NCBI GenBank assembly: GCA_943704425.1
Contig: CALSCP010002792.1
Location: forward strand, 53,627-117,626
From: Ministeria vibrans ATCC 50519
Lineage: Eukaryota; Protista; Filasterea
Length of the DNA stretch: 64,000 bases
Reading direction: 5' to 3'
Below are positions 12,391-25,763 of the stretch, piece after piece; within the stretch, counting starts at the first letter, position 1, and each line of letters starts with the position of its first letter. The notes under the pieces were generated by a model. The model was not told the DNA's origin. It saw nothing but the letters and a program-made list of their open reading frames with translations, and searched no databases. The translations under genes and the position numbers were made by a program.

Positions 12391-15058
12391 TCAACTGATG
12401 TCAATGTGAGAGATCTCAACGACCAAATCGGCGAAGCTGGGACGCGCAATGACATCCTGGCGCCAACAGCGTTGCATGAGGTGCATGAGCTCACTGGGCA
12501 TGGTGCGGTCGAGCGCGTTGGTGCTCGGGCGCGACCCATTGAGCACCGCTGCAACAATCTCGCGTGGACGTGTCATTTCGGCAAACGGTAAGTGCGGACG
12601 ACATCCCATTTCCTATATTTTACAACAACAACGACAACGACACAAATAAATATATACATAACATATAATTATGCTCCGTGTCTATTATTTTCTCCTGATC
12701 GTCGATTATACTCACCCAAATAACCACGCCAAAAGAGTACACGTCGCTAGCGGGCAGAAAGTTGTGCTCTGAGAGCACTTCAGGGGCGGTCCAAGGCAGA
12801 GCAGGCTCAATACCTGGCCTCCCTAGCACAGAAGCGCCACGTACACGCGGTACCTGCACCGACGATCGGCCCAACGGTGAAGAGTCACCCCCTCCACCTC
12901 CACCACCGCTGCTGCTACTCCCAGCTGCACCATGCGACGAAGAGATGAGGGGTTGTCGAAGATTGTCCTCGTCGTGATCGTATACGGTGACAAGATTAGT
13001 CAGCTCAAGGTTGCGCGAGCCAACACGTAGTGTCTCCACCATCTCGACCAGGCCACAGTCCCCGACCAGCACTGTCCATCTACGAAAAAAAAATCATTTC
13101 AGCGCCTGTTCCCACCTTTATCATTTTGTTTCCTTCTCTTTTCTCTCTCACTTTGTCTCTCTCTCTCTCTATCACTTTGTTTCTTTCTCCTCTCTCTCTA
13201 TCACTTTGTTTCTTTCTCCTCTCTCTCTACCACTTTGTTTCTTTCTCCTCCCTCTATCTATAACTTTGTTTCTTTCTCCTCCCTCTCTCTATCACATTGT
13301 TTCTTTCTCCTCTCTCTCTCTCTCCTTACGACGCGTCAATGTAGAGGGAGGTACAGCGAAGTTCGCGGTGTAGGACGGGCGGTGAACACTGATGAAGGTA
13401 ACGCATGCCACGGGCAGCGTCGTGGAGCATGCGGGTGCGCAGGGCCCAAGACACGTCGCGGGTGGTGTCATTGAGCAGCGCACGCACATTGCCATTTAGC
13501 GGACGGTCAAACACAAAGAAGCGATGTGCCTCGTCAAAGGCGCCCGTTCCGAAAAACTTCAATACATTGCGGTGCGACAGTGACACGAGCAGCGCTGCCT
13601 CACTGATAAAGTGCGCTGGGAGATCGTGGATGCGAGGAGCAATGTGCTCGTCAATGACACGCACAATGACGGTATTCGCCTCGTAGAGACCCAACCAAAC
13701 GTCGCCAAATGACGAGCGACCCACCTTCTCGCTCAGCGCCACATCACGCGACGAGATGCGCCAATTGCTCACCAACGGTCCACCATCAGCAATGGTTTCT
13801 TCGTCGTCGTCGGGCACTTGACTGGGTGCACGGTTTCGTGCCTGACGCGCAAATGCCGGGAGAGCATTGCGCTGCTGACGCTTGTAGGCGACAAAGCAAA
13901 AGGCAAGAGCGCCCACGACGATGAATAAAATGGCAACGGATAGACCGATGATGAGGCCTTGGTGAGCCCACAGAAAACTACAGTCGGAACTGAGGGGTCC
14001 TGAGCAGCCATGCGAGCACGAGGAGCTGCACTGAGCACACGAGTTGGGTCCGCTGCGATACGAGTGGTCGGGACACGACGTCACACACGACGGCCCATAG
14101 AGACCCTGAAATGACAAGTAGCCACGCTGGCACTCGCACACGGGCACAGTCACGCCAAGATCGTTCTGAGTGTAGATGCAGGAGCCATATGGATCGCAAG
14201 GGGACGACGCACACGACACGACATAGGCACATCCAGGACCACTGAGACCCTGTGGACAGCACTCGGTGGGGCCGGGTCCCGAACATGTCACAGGTACAAC
14301 ATCGGCAAACGACGCCGACGTGAGACAACCCAGATCGCACACAGTGCATCCAGAGGGAAACGTGCCATAGGTCCCTGCTGGACAAATGGGCCCAGGAAAA
14401 GGATTCTAAATTTTACAAGGCGGAAATACGAAGAATAAAAATAAGAATATATTTTGAGAGACCGTTTTGAGAGCCGTACTCCTGTAAGAACAACGGTGCG
14501 GGGACCCAGAGCAGCGGCAGGAATGCTAGTCAACTGTTGGAATACAAAGACCACAGCAACAACAACAACAACAACAAAAAAAAAAGATCCACGATGAAGG
14601 TAAGAGGAAGCGGAACAGTGTGCAGTATGATGCGTACGCGATTGTTTGCAAGATCAAGCAGGCTTTTGGCGTGGATTGCATCATTTACCGCCTCCACTGT
14701 CAGGAAATTGTCGCTATGCAGGTTTAAATTATGGTCAGAAACAAAATCAGAATGGAGACAAAAGACGTACTTGAGGACGGCAGTGTCAAGAGAAACGAGG
14801 GACGAGAGAAAATCTGTCTCGTTGAGACGATTGCCACTGAGATAAATGCTCTGCAGATGGGGCATGATAAAGAAGGCAGTACTGGCAATGGAGCTAATGT
14901 TGTTAAAGGTCGCCGAGAAGGTCGTGAGCTGGTAGTTAGGGCCCGCATACGGACCAAACACTGTGCCCAGCGACAACAGCCGGTTGTGGTCTAAAAGGAG
15001 AAGAGTATGAGCCAACAGATCACACACAATATACGCACAAAGCACACATATATACTAC

Positions 15059-15096
<38 letters not shown>

Positions 15097-15127
15097 TAAT
15101 AATAATAAAAATAATAATAATAATAAT

Positions 15128-15163
<36 letters not shown>

Positions 15164-17064
15164 GTATAATTATATTTATAAATAATTTATTTTTATTATA
15201 ATTATAATTATTATAAATATATTATTATACTACGCACACACATGTATAATCACATATATCCTCTGTATCACTTTGAATGTATCGCGTACCGAGAGTAAGA
15301 ATGCGCAGACGAGTGAGAGGAGCAAAGACACTGTCAACAAGTGTCGTGACTAGATTTCCCGAGAGGTCGAGAATCTCAAGACTGAGCATGTTGGAGAAGA
15401 CCGACTCATCAAGCGATGAGTCGTCCAGGGCGTTGTTGGAGAGCGATAGAATCTTCAGGTCTGAAAAAGAGAAAAATTGATATTAATAAAGAAATAAAAT
15501 TAAATAATAATTATAATAAGGTGAGAGTCGTACTCGAAAATTGATCAAAGACGTCGGGGACAAAGGATGTGATAGAACAGCCTGTGAGGAGGAGAGTGGT
15601 GAGGTTGTGTTGGCTGGCAAAGAGATCGCGCGGAGACATAAAGGTGATGCCACGGTTATTGGCCATGGCGAGGAGGTTGAGGTGAACGAGGGAGGCGAAG
15701 GGAGATGCGGAGAGAAAAGCGTCGTCAAAGAAGTTGTGGCTCATGTTAAGGTGTTGTAGCTGGACGAGGGGTGCGAAGATGGATGCGTTTGTGTTTGCGA
15801 GTTGGTTGCGCGAGATGTCGAGCAGACGCAGTTGTGTGGTGCTGTCGAAGAAGCCGCTGGGGAGCACACTGATGCGTTGCTCTTGCAGGAATAGCATCTC
15901 GAGGTTGACAAGACCCTTCAGGAGGGTTGGTGGCACGTAGTTGAGGGAGGCGACAGAGAGATCAACGATGCGCAAAAGTGGGGTGCTCTGGAGAAGGGTC
16001 GCCGGCACACTGGCATTGGCAAAGTTGTTGCCCACGAGCTCAAGGTGCTCAAGTTGTGAGGTATGAGCAAAGAGCGAGTCAGACAAGTGGGTGAGGCCCG
16101 TCGAGGCGAGGTAGGCGTACTGCAAGGCGACGAGCGGATCAAACACACCCAAAGGCAGACCTGTGGCCAGCTTTGAGAATTCCAGGCTGAGAATGGTCAG
16201 TTTGGCGAGGCCTTGGAAGGTCTGAGGCTCAAGCGCAAGGGTCGGACAGGTCGTGACAACAAGTGTCTGCAGGTTGGTGAGAGAGGCGAACATGTTGGCG
16301 GGAAGGTAGGTGAGCGACGAGGGTAAGTAAAGGTTCACGAGAGCGGCAAGATCGCTGCTGAAGAAGGCGCTTGTGATGTTGACGAGCCCCGTGTGTCGCA
16401 AGTCAAGGTATTGCAGGCTTGTAAGAGTCGCACCAAATGTGGTGGTCGGCGCGAGTTCAACAAAGTTGAGATTGAGACGCTCGAGGTTGACGAGCCCATT
16501 GAAGACGGATGTATCGAGAGGCCTGGTCAGACGCGACGTTGCATTGATCACACGAAAGCCGCCCATGGAGAGTTGCTGAAGGGTCGAGGCAACGGGTGTA
16601 AATGTGCCGGGAGCCAGCGAAGGGGTGAGGGCAGCATCCAAGTCGAGCATTTGAAGTTTTGAGGTGGCACCAAACGAAGTGGAGTCGAACGGGGGCAGAG
16701 AGAGACCACCGACGCCGAGGTGCTCAAGGGACGCACCGAGCTCCTGAAAGAAGCTCCAGCTTGTGATGTTCAAGTCAAAGTTGTAGTTGAGGTTGAGGTA
16801 GGAGAGCTGCGGAGCGGCCGACAGCGAGTTGAGTAGGGTGAGTTTGGACGCGCGCACGTCGAGTGTGGTGAGCGCCGGGAGGGGCAGCGACGGCAGGGTT
16901 TCCAACTGGGAGTAGCTCATATTCAGGGATACGAGCGCGCTGAGACCCGTAAAGAGCGACGACTGGAGTGTCGTGAACTGAGAGGAGAGGGGAAGAAAAA
17001 AAAAATCACGTTGTGCACAGAATTATTATGGGGGAAGTTGTGAGAATGTGGATGACACACTGAC

Positions 17065-17100
<36 letters not shown>

Positions 17101-17478
17101 GACATAAGGAGAGAAAGGACTTACCGTGGAGTAGGAGAGGTTGAGGTGCTGGAGCGGGAGGCCGCTGAAGGCAGCGTCGCTGATGGACGAGAGCGTGTTG
17201 AAGGACAAGTCTAAGACTTGCACTTTGGTGGCGGGAAAGAGCGCGTTCTTGTTGAGCGTCGCAATCGCATTGAGCGACAGGTTGACCATGAGCGCCTCCT
17301 TGGGGAAGGCGACGGCGTCGAGGTTGACAATGCCGCGTCCAACGCAGTTGACCGTTGTCTTGTCAGCCGAGCACTCGCACAGCTGCTCGCATGCGTCGCG
17401 CGTGACGTCCGCATGCACCATCACGGCGCCCACGATCAATGCGCCTATCGCAATCACGCGAATCGAGACGCGCTTCAT
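12391..17478 (-). CDS. LRR-EGF/furin-like-TM receptor with degenerate TK/TKL kinase domain (probable pseudokinase)
   Basis: Signal peptide MKRVSIRVIAIGALIVGAVMVHA; LRRNT CEQLCEC..VNC; many LRRs (15511-16920 and flanking exons); EGF/furin Cys repeats ~13980-14400; TM LIIGLSVAILFIVVGALAFCFVAY; kinase with WTAPE, SDVYSFGVVIW, CWRQD..RPSF. Confidence 0.88.
15058..15230. repeat. Intronic (AAT)n/(TAT)n tract
   Basis: Directly visible; similar tracts at ~25363-25480 and ~25720-25770. Confidence 0.95.
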
Positions 17479-17619
17479 TGACGATGGGATGCCAAGCAAA
17501 TTTTGTTATTTTGATTATCTTGCTCATCCCAATCAAATTAACCACCAAAACACTCATCTTCATACTCTGATTGACGGGAGGGCATTAGAGCATTCCCTTA
17601 TCCCTTAGGTCCTAGCACT

Positions 17620-18242
17620 ATGAAACTTGTCGGCGCTGTGGATCAGGGCACGTCGAGCAGTCGATTCATTCTGTTCGACATGGACTCGGCGACAATTGTG
17701 GGCTCGCACAACGTCCTTTTGCCGCAAATTCAACCTCGCGAAGGGTACGGGAGTATTGTCTGCTGCTTTCCATCAGGGTGTCCATGTTGCAAAATGAGCC
17801 TACACTTGTTTTGTGCGGTTTTTATATCTGTTTATGGTTCTTCTCTCGTCAGATGGGTAGAACACGATCCGGAGGTGATCTTTGAGCATGTGCTGGAGTG
17901 CATTGAGAGAGCTGTGGAGAAGGCAGGGGTCAAGGCGAGCGATGTGCTATCGATTGGTGTGACGAATCAGCGCGAGACGACCGTTGTGTGGGATCGTGAG
18001 ACGGGCCGGGCGCTGCATAACGCCATTGTGTGGCTCGGTACGATGCCATTCCTGTCGTCTCTCAATCACTTTGCCTCTCTCTCTCTCTATCACCTTGTCT
18101 CTCTTTCTTACTTTGTCTCTCTCTATCACTTTGTCTTTATCACTTTGTCTCTCTTTGTCACTTTGTCTCTCTTTGTCACTTTGTCTCTCTCTATCACTCT
18201 CTCTCTCTATCTCTCTCTCTGTATCACTTTGTTTCTTTCTCC

Positions 18243-18332
<90 letters not shown>

Positions 18333-20201
18333 GCCTGACTCACGATCGTCTGGCGTGCGTAGACACAAGGACGTCGGACATTGTTGAGTCGCTCACAAAG
18401 CACAGCTCGGGGGGCAAGTATCATCTGTATCCACTGTGTGGCTTGCCTTTGGCAACCTACTTTAGCGCCGTGAAACTGAGATGGCTCTTTGATAATGTCC
18501 CTGAAGGTTTGTAAAAGTTCTTCTGAGTAGCGCGAATTTTTTGTAATACTAAGACACACACACGCACACACATACATACGCATACAGTGCGAGAGGCGGC
18601 GCGTCTGAACCGACTTGCGTTTGGTACCATTGACTCGTGGCTGATCTATCGACTGAGTGGGCGTCAAGTGCACGTAACGGACGTGTCCAATGCGAGTCGG
18701 ACAATGCTGATGAACTTGACGACGTGTGTGTGGGATCGGTCACTGTGTGAGTAAGAGACGGTCTTGGAAGTAAGACTGTTTTTGTCCAACGCATCTGTTT
18801 CTATGTCTACCATAGTTTTTTTGGACTCCCAATGGGCATGCTACCGGAGATATGCTCGAGTGCACAAGTGTACTCGCAAGTTGCGAGTGGCTGTCTCAAG
18901 GGAATCCCTATTAGTGGTGTAAGACAAGGACTATTATATTTGCGACGATGGTGTGCACAACCTGACTTGACTGCGTATAGTGCATCGGAGATCAACAGGC
19001 GGCGCTGCTGGGCCAGTTGTGTGTGACGCCGGGAGCAAGCAAGTGCACGTACGGCACAGGGTGCTTCTTGGCGCGCATCACGGGGACGGCGGGTCCTGAG
19101 CTGGGGGCACACCGCCACGGCCTGCTTGCCACCGTGGCGTTCCAGTTGGGCTCAAGCGCCCGCCCTGTGTTTGCGCTTGAGGGCTCAGTGGCCATTGCGG
19201 GTGCTGCTGTGCGTTGGCTCAAGGACAATTTGGGGCTCATTGCCGAGTCCAGTGAAGTTGGTACGAGGGCCGAATAATTGAGAGTGTTACGAAACTAACA
19301 TGGACTGTAGAGCGACTGGCCAAGGAGGTGGAGGACTCGGCCGGTGTGTTCTTTGTGCCTGCCTTTTCTGGGCTGTTTGCACCTTACTGGCGCGATGATG
19401 CCAGAGGAATCATTGCGGGTGAGACATAGGAGAAGAGAGGAGACTGAGAGAGACAGAGAGAGACCGCGTTTGATTGACACCCGTTTGCAGGTCTGTCGTA
19501 CTACTGCGACCGGCGGCACATCTGTCGAGCTGTGCTTGAGGCAGTGAGCTTTCAGTGCTGTGAGATCTTTGAGGCGATGGCGGAGTGCTGTGGTGACACT
19601 GTGGAGCACCATGGGGACGCAGTGCTTAAGGTAGGGTGGGAGAGGCAGGGGAGTGCGGTGCTGATGCTCGTATGTAGGTGGATGGGGGAATGACTGTGAA
19701 CGACACTTTGATGCAGATTCAGGCGAATGCACTTGGGAAGACTGTTGGTAGGAAGACACAAGGATGAGACACAGGCGACGTGATACGATTTGTGATTTAT
19801 AGCGCGACCACACATGACGGAATCGACGTCACTGGGGGCAGCAATTGCAAGTGCGATTGGCAGTGGGGTGTTTTCGGGAGCAGACGAGGCCGTGGGGGTG
19901 CTGGGGCGTCATCTGGGGCGGGATGAGTTTGAAGCAACGGAGACGGGCGAGGACGGTCGGCAGAGGCGCATGCGGTGGTGGCGTATGGCAGTACAAAGGT
20001 CCATGGGCTGGGCCGCACCTGAGCCCCCCGCACTCTCTCTGGTGCGCACCCACACTCACTTACTGTTAACTTACTCACTCCTTCACTCTATAGGGCTCTG
20101 ATGTCTCTGTGCCAGTGCGCTCCTCCCTCTCCTTTGCGCTTCCTTTCCTTCTCGGTGTCTCTCTGACCCTCTCTGTCTTTCTCCTCCGCTCATCGCGTTA
20201 A
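17620..20201 (+). CDS. GK: Glycerol kinase with C-terminal hydrophobic tail
   Basis: [83 protein letters not shown]; last exon 20094-20201. Confidence 0.95.
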
Positions 20202-20400
20202 TCCGACTTTTTCCCTCTTTGTTTGTTTTGTTTTTATAAAGCAATCATACCCGTTCATTAATAGAAAAATATAATAATCATGATAATTCACTCCTCCGCT
20301 CATCGCGTTAATCCGACTTTTTCCCTCTTTGTTTGTTTTGTTTTTATAAAGCAATCGTACCCGTTCATTAATAGAAAAATATAATAATCATGATAATTCA
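20181..20400. repeat. 110-bp tandem duplication (20181-20290 / 20291-20400), one mismatch
   Basis: ctcctccgctcatcgcgttaa...tgataattca repeated twice; differs at gcaatcatac vs gcaatcgtac. Confidence 0.95.
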
Positions 20401-20586
20401 CAAATCGTCTCACTTGTCCATTACTCCCCACTCTTTCTCTCTTCTTGCTTCCTCCTTTCTTTCTATTCTCTGTCATTCTCTCCCTTTCTTTCTCCGCCTC
20501 TGTCTCGAGAGAGAACCTGTCCTCTCTCACACGCGCCGCTCTTTTTTCAACTTCTCTTTCTCTCTCATTGATTTGGCCATCTCTCC

Positions 20587-21943
20587 TCAGTTGGTCTTTG
20601 CCTTGTCCTTCTTCTTGAAGACATATCGCTTTAGGAACAGCTCCGAGAAGAGGACAAAGTACAGAGCGTACATTGCAATGCCGGATGCAAAGAAGTACGG
20701 GTGCTTCTGCCCCTGCGGGTCGCTCTTGTCCATGTACGCCACAACCTGAAATCACCCACACGTCACGCACACAGACGAAGCTTTGATTGTTTGGGCTTAC
20801 TTGGAAGTACATTCCGCCAACCATTTGCACAATCTGGGCAAACGTAATGAAGAGCGCCGCCACTCGCACGCCAGTGATGCCAATGGCGTTCAAAGCATAG
20901 TATCCGTACATGATAGAGTGCACCACGACGTTCATGCAAGCAAACTGCGTTGCATAGGGATGCCCAAAAACTGTAAAATAATAATAGAAAAATAATACAT
21001 CAAGTCAGATTGGACGGTTTTTAGAAGAGGTTATCTCTGTCCTTGACTTACTCGACCCATACCAACAGTAGGCCATGGTGAGAATGTGGTGCATCCAATG
21101 TAATTTGATCAGCGGCTTCTTTCGCAACACAATCAGAATGGTGTCGAAAAATTCGAACACCTTATGTCATCGAAACAGTCACACACAAAATGAAAACATT
21201 CGTTAACACAACTCCCAAAAAAAATAAGAGCCATTTCGCTCGCATACCTTTGACATGTTGAACACAGCAACATACCAATGCGATGGGAACTCTTCCATCC
21301 ACTTGTAAGCGGTCGTTTTTCCTCCAACGTTCTCAAACTGACCAGAACACAAAAAAACCCCATTGTTATTATTAGTTAGGCACATCAATTGAGCAATGGA
21401 AGTTTGAAACAAGCAAGACGCAGCTTGAAACACTCGAAAACGTTGGTGTTTGGGAGTTGCTACACTACTATGGGCGAAGACGGGCACGATGCCGTGAAAA
21501 AAAAGCATCTCATCCGAAAAGGAGAGAAAGAGAGAGAAAAAAAAAAAGAGCAAAAGAAGAAAAGAGAAAAAGACAAAAGTACCTGGAAGAGACAGTAGGG
21601 TACCAAGTGGATGGCACAGACGATAGAGAAGAGACACAGGAGGACGTTCCAGATGAATAGAAGGGGCTTCAAGTCAAAGGGAGTCCGGTTGTGCATGATA
21701 TGCTTCAAGCCGAACACAACAGGGACATACAGGACTGCGCAGGCGGCCACGGGCACCTGGTAGTCGCCAAAGAAGTCTGTGCGCCCCCAAGAAGAAGGCG
21801 ATCGTGCGTCTTAGAAGTGGCAGTGCGATAAACAGCAAACAAAGGAAAAGCGAACCTTCTGAAAATGCCAAGTACGTCGATTGGTTGTTTGCAAACACCT
21901 CATGGGGGTGCACAACTGCCTTGTACAAGTCAATTTGATCCAT
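20587..21943 (-). CDS. ELO/ELOVL fatty-acid elongase
   Basis: FEFFDTILIVLRKKPLIKLHWMHH (HxxHH), MNVVVHSIMYGYY, ITFAQIVQMV, C-terminal KKKDKAKTN ER-retrieval-like tail; multi-exon. Confidence 0.93.
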
Positions 21944-22076
21944 TATTGATAAAAAATTTAAAGTTTAAACAGACAACAGACCATTGTCAATTTTGTCAAA
22001 TAGTCAATCCAAATTCCAATCCCTGTCCAAAGGCCTAGCCTCCTTACTACCAAGTCCTAGGACACGAAATAACGCA

Positions 22077-23861
22077 ATGAAGAGTAATACAATGCAACGT
22101 AAGTCGACAATATGATTAATAATCAATCAATGCAATGATTGTTATTATTGACTAATTTGACTTATTATTATTGTTATTGAGCTTATTCTGTGAATGCGTC
22201 TCAGCGCATTATGCGCACAAGCTTATGGACCCCGTGCCGAGTACGATTTAAACACTAAACCGCCCTATTCGAGTGAAAATCCAGTGAGGCTGTCTCACAT
22301 TTCCCTGTTCCCCAGGGTGATTTGTCTTGTGAGCGACGAGAATGAGGCGGCGCTCAGCACAAGCAGTGGTGAACGGCTCTTTCCCTTTGTGCGTGCTCGT
22401 CTGCCGCTCGTGTCGCAGCTCATTGTTGACGTGGGTATCCGCCAGGTGGAGCAGTGCGGCGACGGAGGACTGCTTGCCACTGGGCTGTGTGCTGCTCTGG
22501 TCGAGGAGATGCCAAGACATCCGTGCGCCTCCACTGCAGCACTCTACTCCCTCGCTGCAACCATAGCCTCCGAGCAAACCGATGCACCGCCGTACGCAGA
22601 TGGTGCTGCCTTTCAGCGCTGTGACGGCGCACGCGACATGATTGCTGTGTAGGGCAAGACACAAGCAGACAGACTACACTCATTTCATCATTTCAATCAG
22701 TGTCGCAGGCGTTGTGGGATCCCATCGAAATGTCTGCCGCTTTATGACAGACGAGGACGTGGCGCACGTATCGACTATGATTGTCAAGGCGTTTGTCAGC
22801 GCCATCGACGAACGGTTCGCCACGCCCATGGTACGTTTCGTTCCGGTCTCGCCATCGGCCGACTCGACACTGCTTCGGGTGCTTGATGGCCTTCTCGTCG
22901 ACCGACCACCCCCACGTGTTAATGATATATCTCCACCTCCGCCACACGAGGGTCTTTCAGTAGCGCTCTTTTCGGCGTCGCTCGCGGGCGATTGGGAGGG
23001 CGCAGAGCGCGAGTTGGCCCTAAGGCAAGCCAGTGTGCAGGTGGAAGGGACCCGAGCACGTCTGGAGCCTGCACTGCTCGCCCGCCTACTGCACATTGCC
23101 GACTCACTTGTGCACTGTGGCTGTCGTCTTGTCGCGTACGTCGTTACCCATTTGTTCGTCAAATTTTCGACCGCATCACTTTCAATGGTTGTTCTGAACG
23201 TAGGAGCCAAAAGTGCGTTCATCCGCGCATGCGCCAGCGACTGGTGCACGCCGGGGTGATGGTGCTGGAGCGCTTGTCGGTGCGCCACATGGATGGGATG
23301 GCGCGTGTGAGTGGGGCACGAGTGGTCGGGGACGTGTGGAGCGACGGGGCGTGTGTGTGTTCGGGCAGAGTAGCGTGCGTGTCGCCCTGCCGTGTACCGG
23401 GCGGCGGTGAGCAGACGCTCGTTCAAGGATTCGCTGTGTCGACTGTGCTTGTGGCGGGGGTCGATCGGGCGGCGACCGATGAGCTTGAGCGTCTCTGTGC
23501 GCGAGCAGTACGTGTGCTGCGCTGTGCTCTCGCCCAACCCCGTCTTGTGACCCCCGGTGCCGTCGAAATGTCCATTGCGAAGCGTCTTCGAGAATTCTCG
23601 ACGCGTTCACTGCTCACTCGGGATGATGCAGCGCGCTACAGCGGCGCGTCCCTTGCCGAGTCGCGTGAGACTCTGGAACGTGTTGCGCGCGCACTTGAAC
23701 GTCTTGCCGAACGAGTACAGCCCCATACAATGGAAGAAGACGCCGAAGAGCTGGAGGAGGCTTCTTCTTCTTCGTTCCACGTTCGTGATGTGCACTCGGT
23801 GCGACTCCAAGCCATTTCGAGGGCGCTTGACACTGCTGCTTTCCTCGCGAACACAATGTAA
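22077..23861 (+). CDS. MKKS: MKKS/BBS6 chaperonin-like protein
   Basis: AYGP, CGDGGLLATGLC, and QKCVHPRMRQRLVHAGVMVLERL resembling the MKKS QKVIHPSL..IDR segment; start codon tentative. Confidence 0.75.
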
Positions 23862-23977
23862 ATAAAACGGTACAGTCATCTAATGTGTATTGGTTAAGCA
23901 TCCACTGTGTCGTAGCGTCCCGAGAGGGTATGTGCGATTGGTTTGCGTGCGCGCTCTTCTCATTCTCTCTCTCTCGC

Positions 23978-24400
23978 TCAAGTTGGTTGACACAACTGTT
24001 GCAGAAGCTCAAGCTTCGCAACGCCAGGAGCGACCTTGTTCGCGGCACAGTACGTCACGAGGTCGTGTGGTCGTGTGAGCATGTTGACCTTCTGCTGTCG
24101 TCGGGTGCTTGCAGCGAAATCGAGCGGAGGATCGGCAGCAACGGTCGTCGAAGGTGTTGCGCGTTTCATTGTTGCAGTGCCTCGCCTCTGAAAAAAGTGT
24201 GTGAGTGAGTGAGCGAGTGTCGCCAGTGGAGAACACACGTGCGCTGATGTTCTAAGCAACGCACGCGCTGTCACATTCAACGTTGGCATTGGGAAGGCCG
24301 TGCACTGAGCAACAGCCGAAGGTTCAATCTTTGCGCGTGAAAAAGGTCGCGTCAAGTGTGTGGCCACAAGAGTGTGCTTGACGCCCCGGATAATCGCGCA
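23978..24400 (-). CDS. Small hypothetical protein with SAP/HeH-like C-terminus
   Basis: Apparent in-frame intron with acceptor ttttttcag near 24188; C-terminus VNMLTRPHDLVTYCAANKVAPGVAKLELLQQL fits the SAP spacing pattern. Start undefined. Confidence 0.3.
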   Translation of the reverse strand, partial: CAIIRGVKHTLVATHLTRPFSRAKIEPSAVAQCTAFPMPTLNVTARALLRTSAHVCSPLATLAHSLTHFFQRRGTATMKRATPSTTVAADPPLDFAASTRRQQKVNMLTRPHDLVTYCAANKVAPGVAKLELLQQLCQPT

Positions 24401-24558
24401 TATGTGAGGTATTCCCAAAAGGAAGGTGGAAGGATGAGTTATACCTGACAATTGACAAAGCGTTGAAACTGTAAAACAATGATTGAAGAGTGGATCGTCC
24501 CCACTCCCCAATTGAATTTCTAACTACTACTGCCAAAGTTCAATACATCGTGTGGGCA

Positions 24559-25374
24559 ATGTCAGTGCCGACGGTGCTGCCGCCCATTGTCGGTGGGGCT
24601 ACAGAGGCGTCGCCTGACAACGGAGAAGGTGAAGTTAACGTTGCAAGTTCAACGGCAATCGATGAAGAAGAGGACGAAGATCTCGACGAGGCACGCGTCG
24701 GCGACGGTGCTGATGTGGCTTTTGATGATGAGTATGCGGACGAGGGCGAAGATGAAGGCGGAGAGGATGCAGAAGACGAGATGGGAGACGAGGAATACAA
24801 GAATCGTGACTTGATTGACGTCGTTGCCACTGACGACCAACTCGAGCGCGAGACTGACGTACGACAACTCCATTGATGAATCAGCATCACCGCCCATGGA
24901 CGTATAAGTTGTTTAATGATCACTTAGGAGGAGCTTTCGGCTCTCATGGACAGCTGTGTGCCAGCAATACGACGACCAGCGGTCAGGTTTGTGTGTGCGC
25001 CGCAACGTCGTGCACCGCTGCCGCCTCTGATTGACGGCACGGTGCCTAAACTGAAATGGAAAAGGGCCAAGCTTATGGCCAATGTTGTGCGGGACGTGGT
25101 AAAGCGATCGGGGTTCACAATTCTCGTCAGTGGCAACGACTGGCAAGGACGTTGGGGCGCACACATCAAAGTGGACAAATTCAAGAGCATCTTGCCGCAA
25201 CATCGCATCAATCACTTTCCACGCTCCTTTGAACTGGGACGCAAAGACCGCCTTGCCTTTCACATGTCCCGTATGGCGTCTCTACATGGACGCGACGAAT
25301 ATGGATTTCATCCACGAAGTTACATTCTTCCGAAAGATCGTCCTCTCTTGCAACGAGTAATATAATTATTATTC

Positions 25375-25443
<69 letters not shown>

Positions 25444-25732
25444 ATAATGATTGCGAAACTGATATAATAATTATAATCATTAATATAACTTGTTAACCTT
25501 GACAGGACTGGCAAGCCTCCAAAGGGGCCATGTTCATACTGAAACCGCCGGCCAGTGCGCGGGGCATTGGAATCCGTCTGGCCGAGGTCTGGGCCGACAT
25601 TCCGCGCTCAGTACCCACCCTTGCCCAGCAGTATCTCTCTCGCCCGTAATATGATCATAAATTTAAGTGCATGCGCTAATATAACAATAATAATGACTAT
25701 CACAAATTGATATTATGCTAATAATAATTATT

Positions 25733-25763
<31 letters not shown>

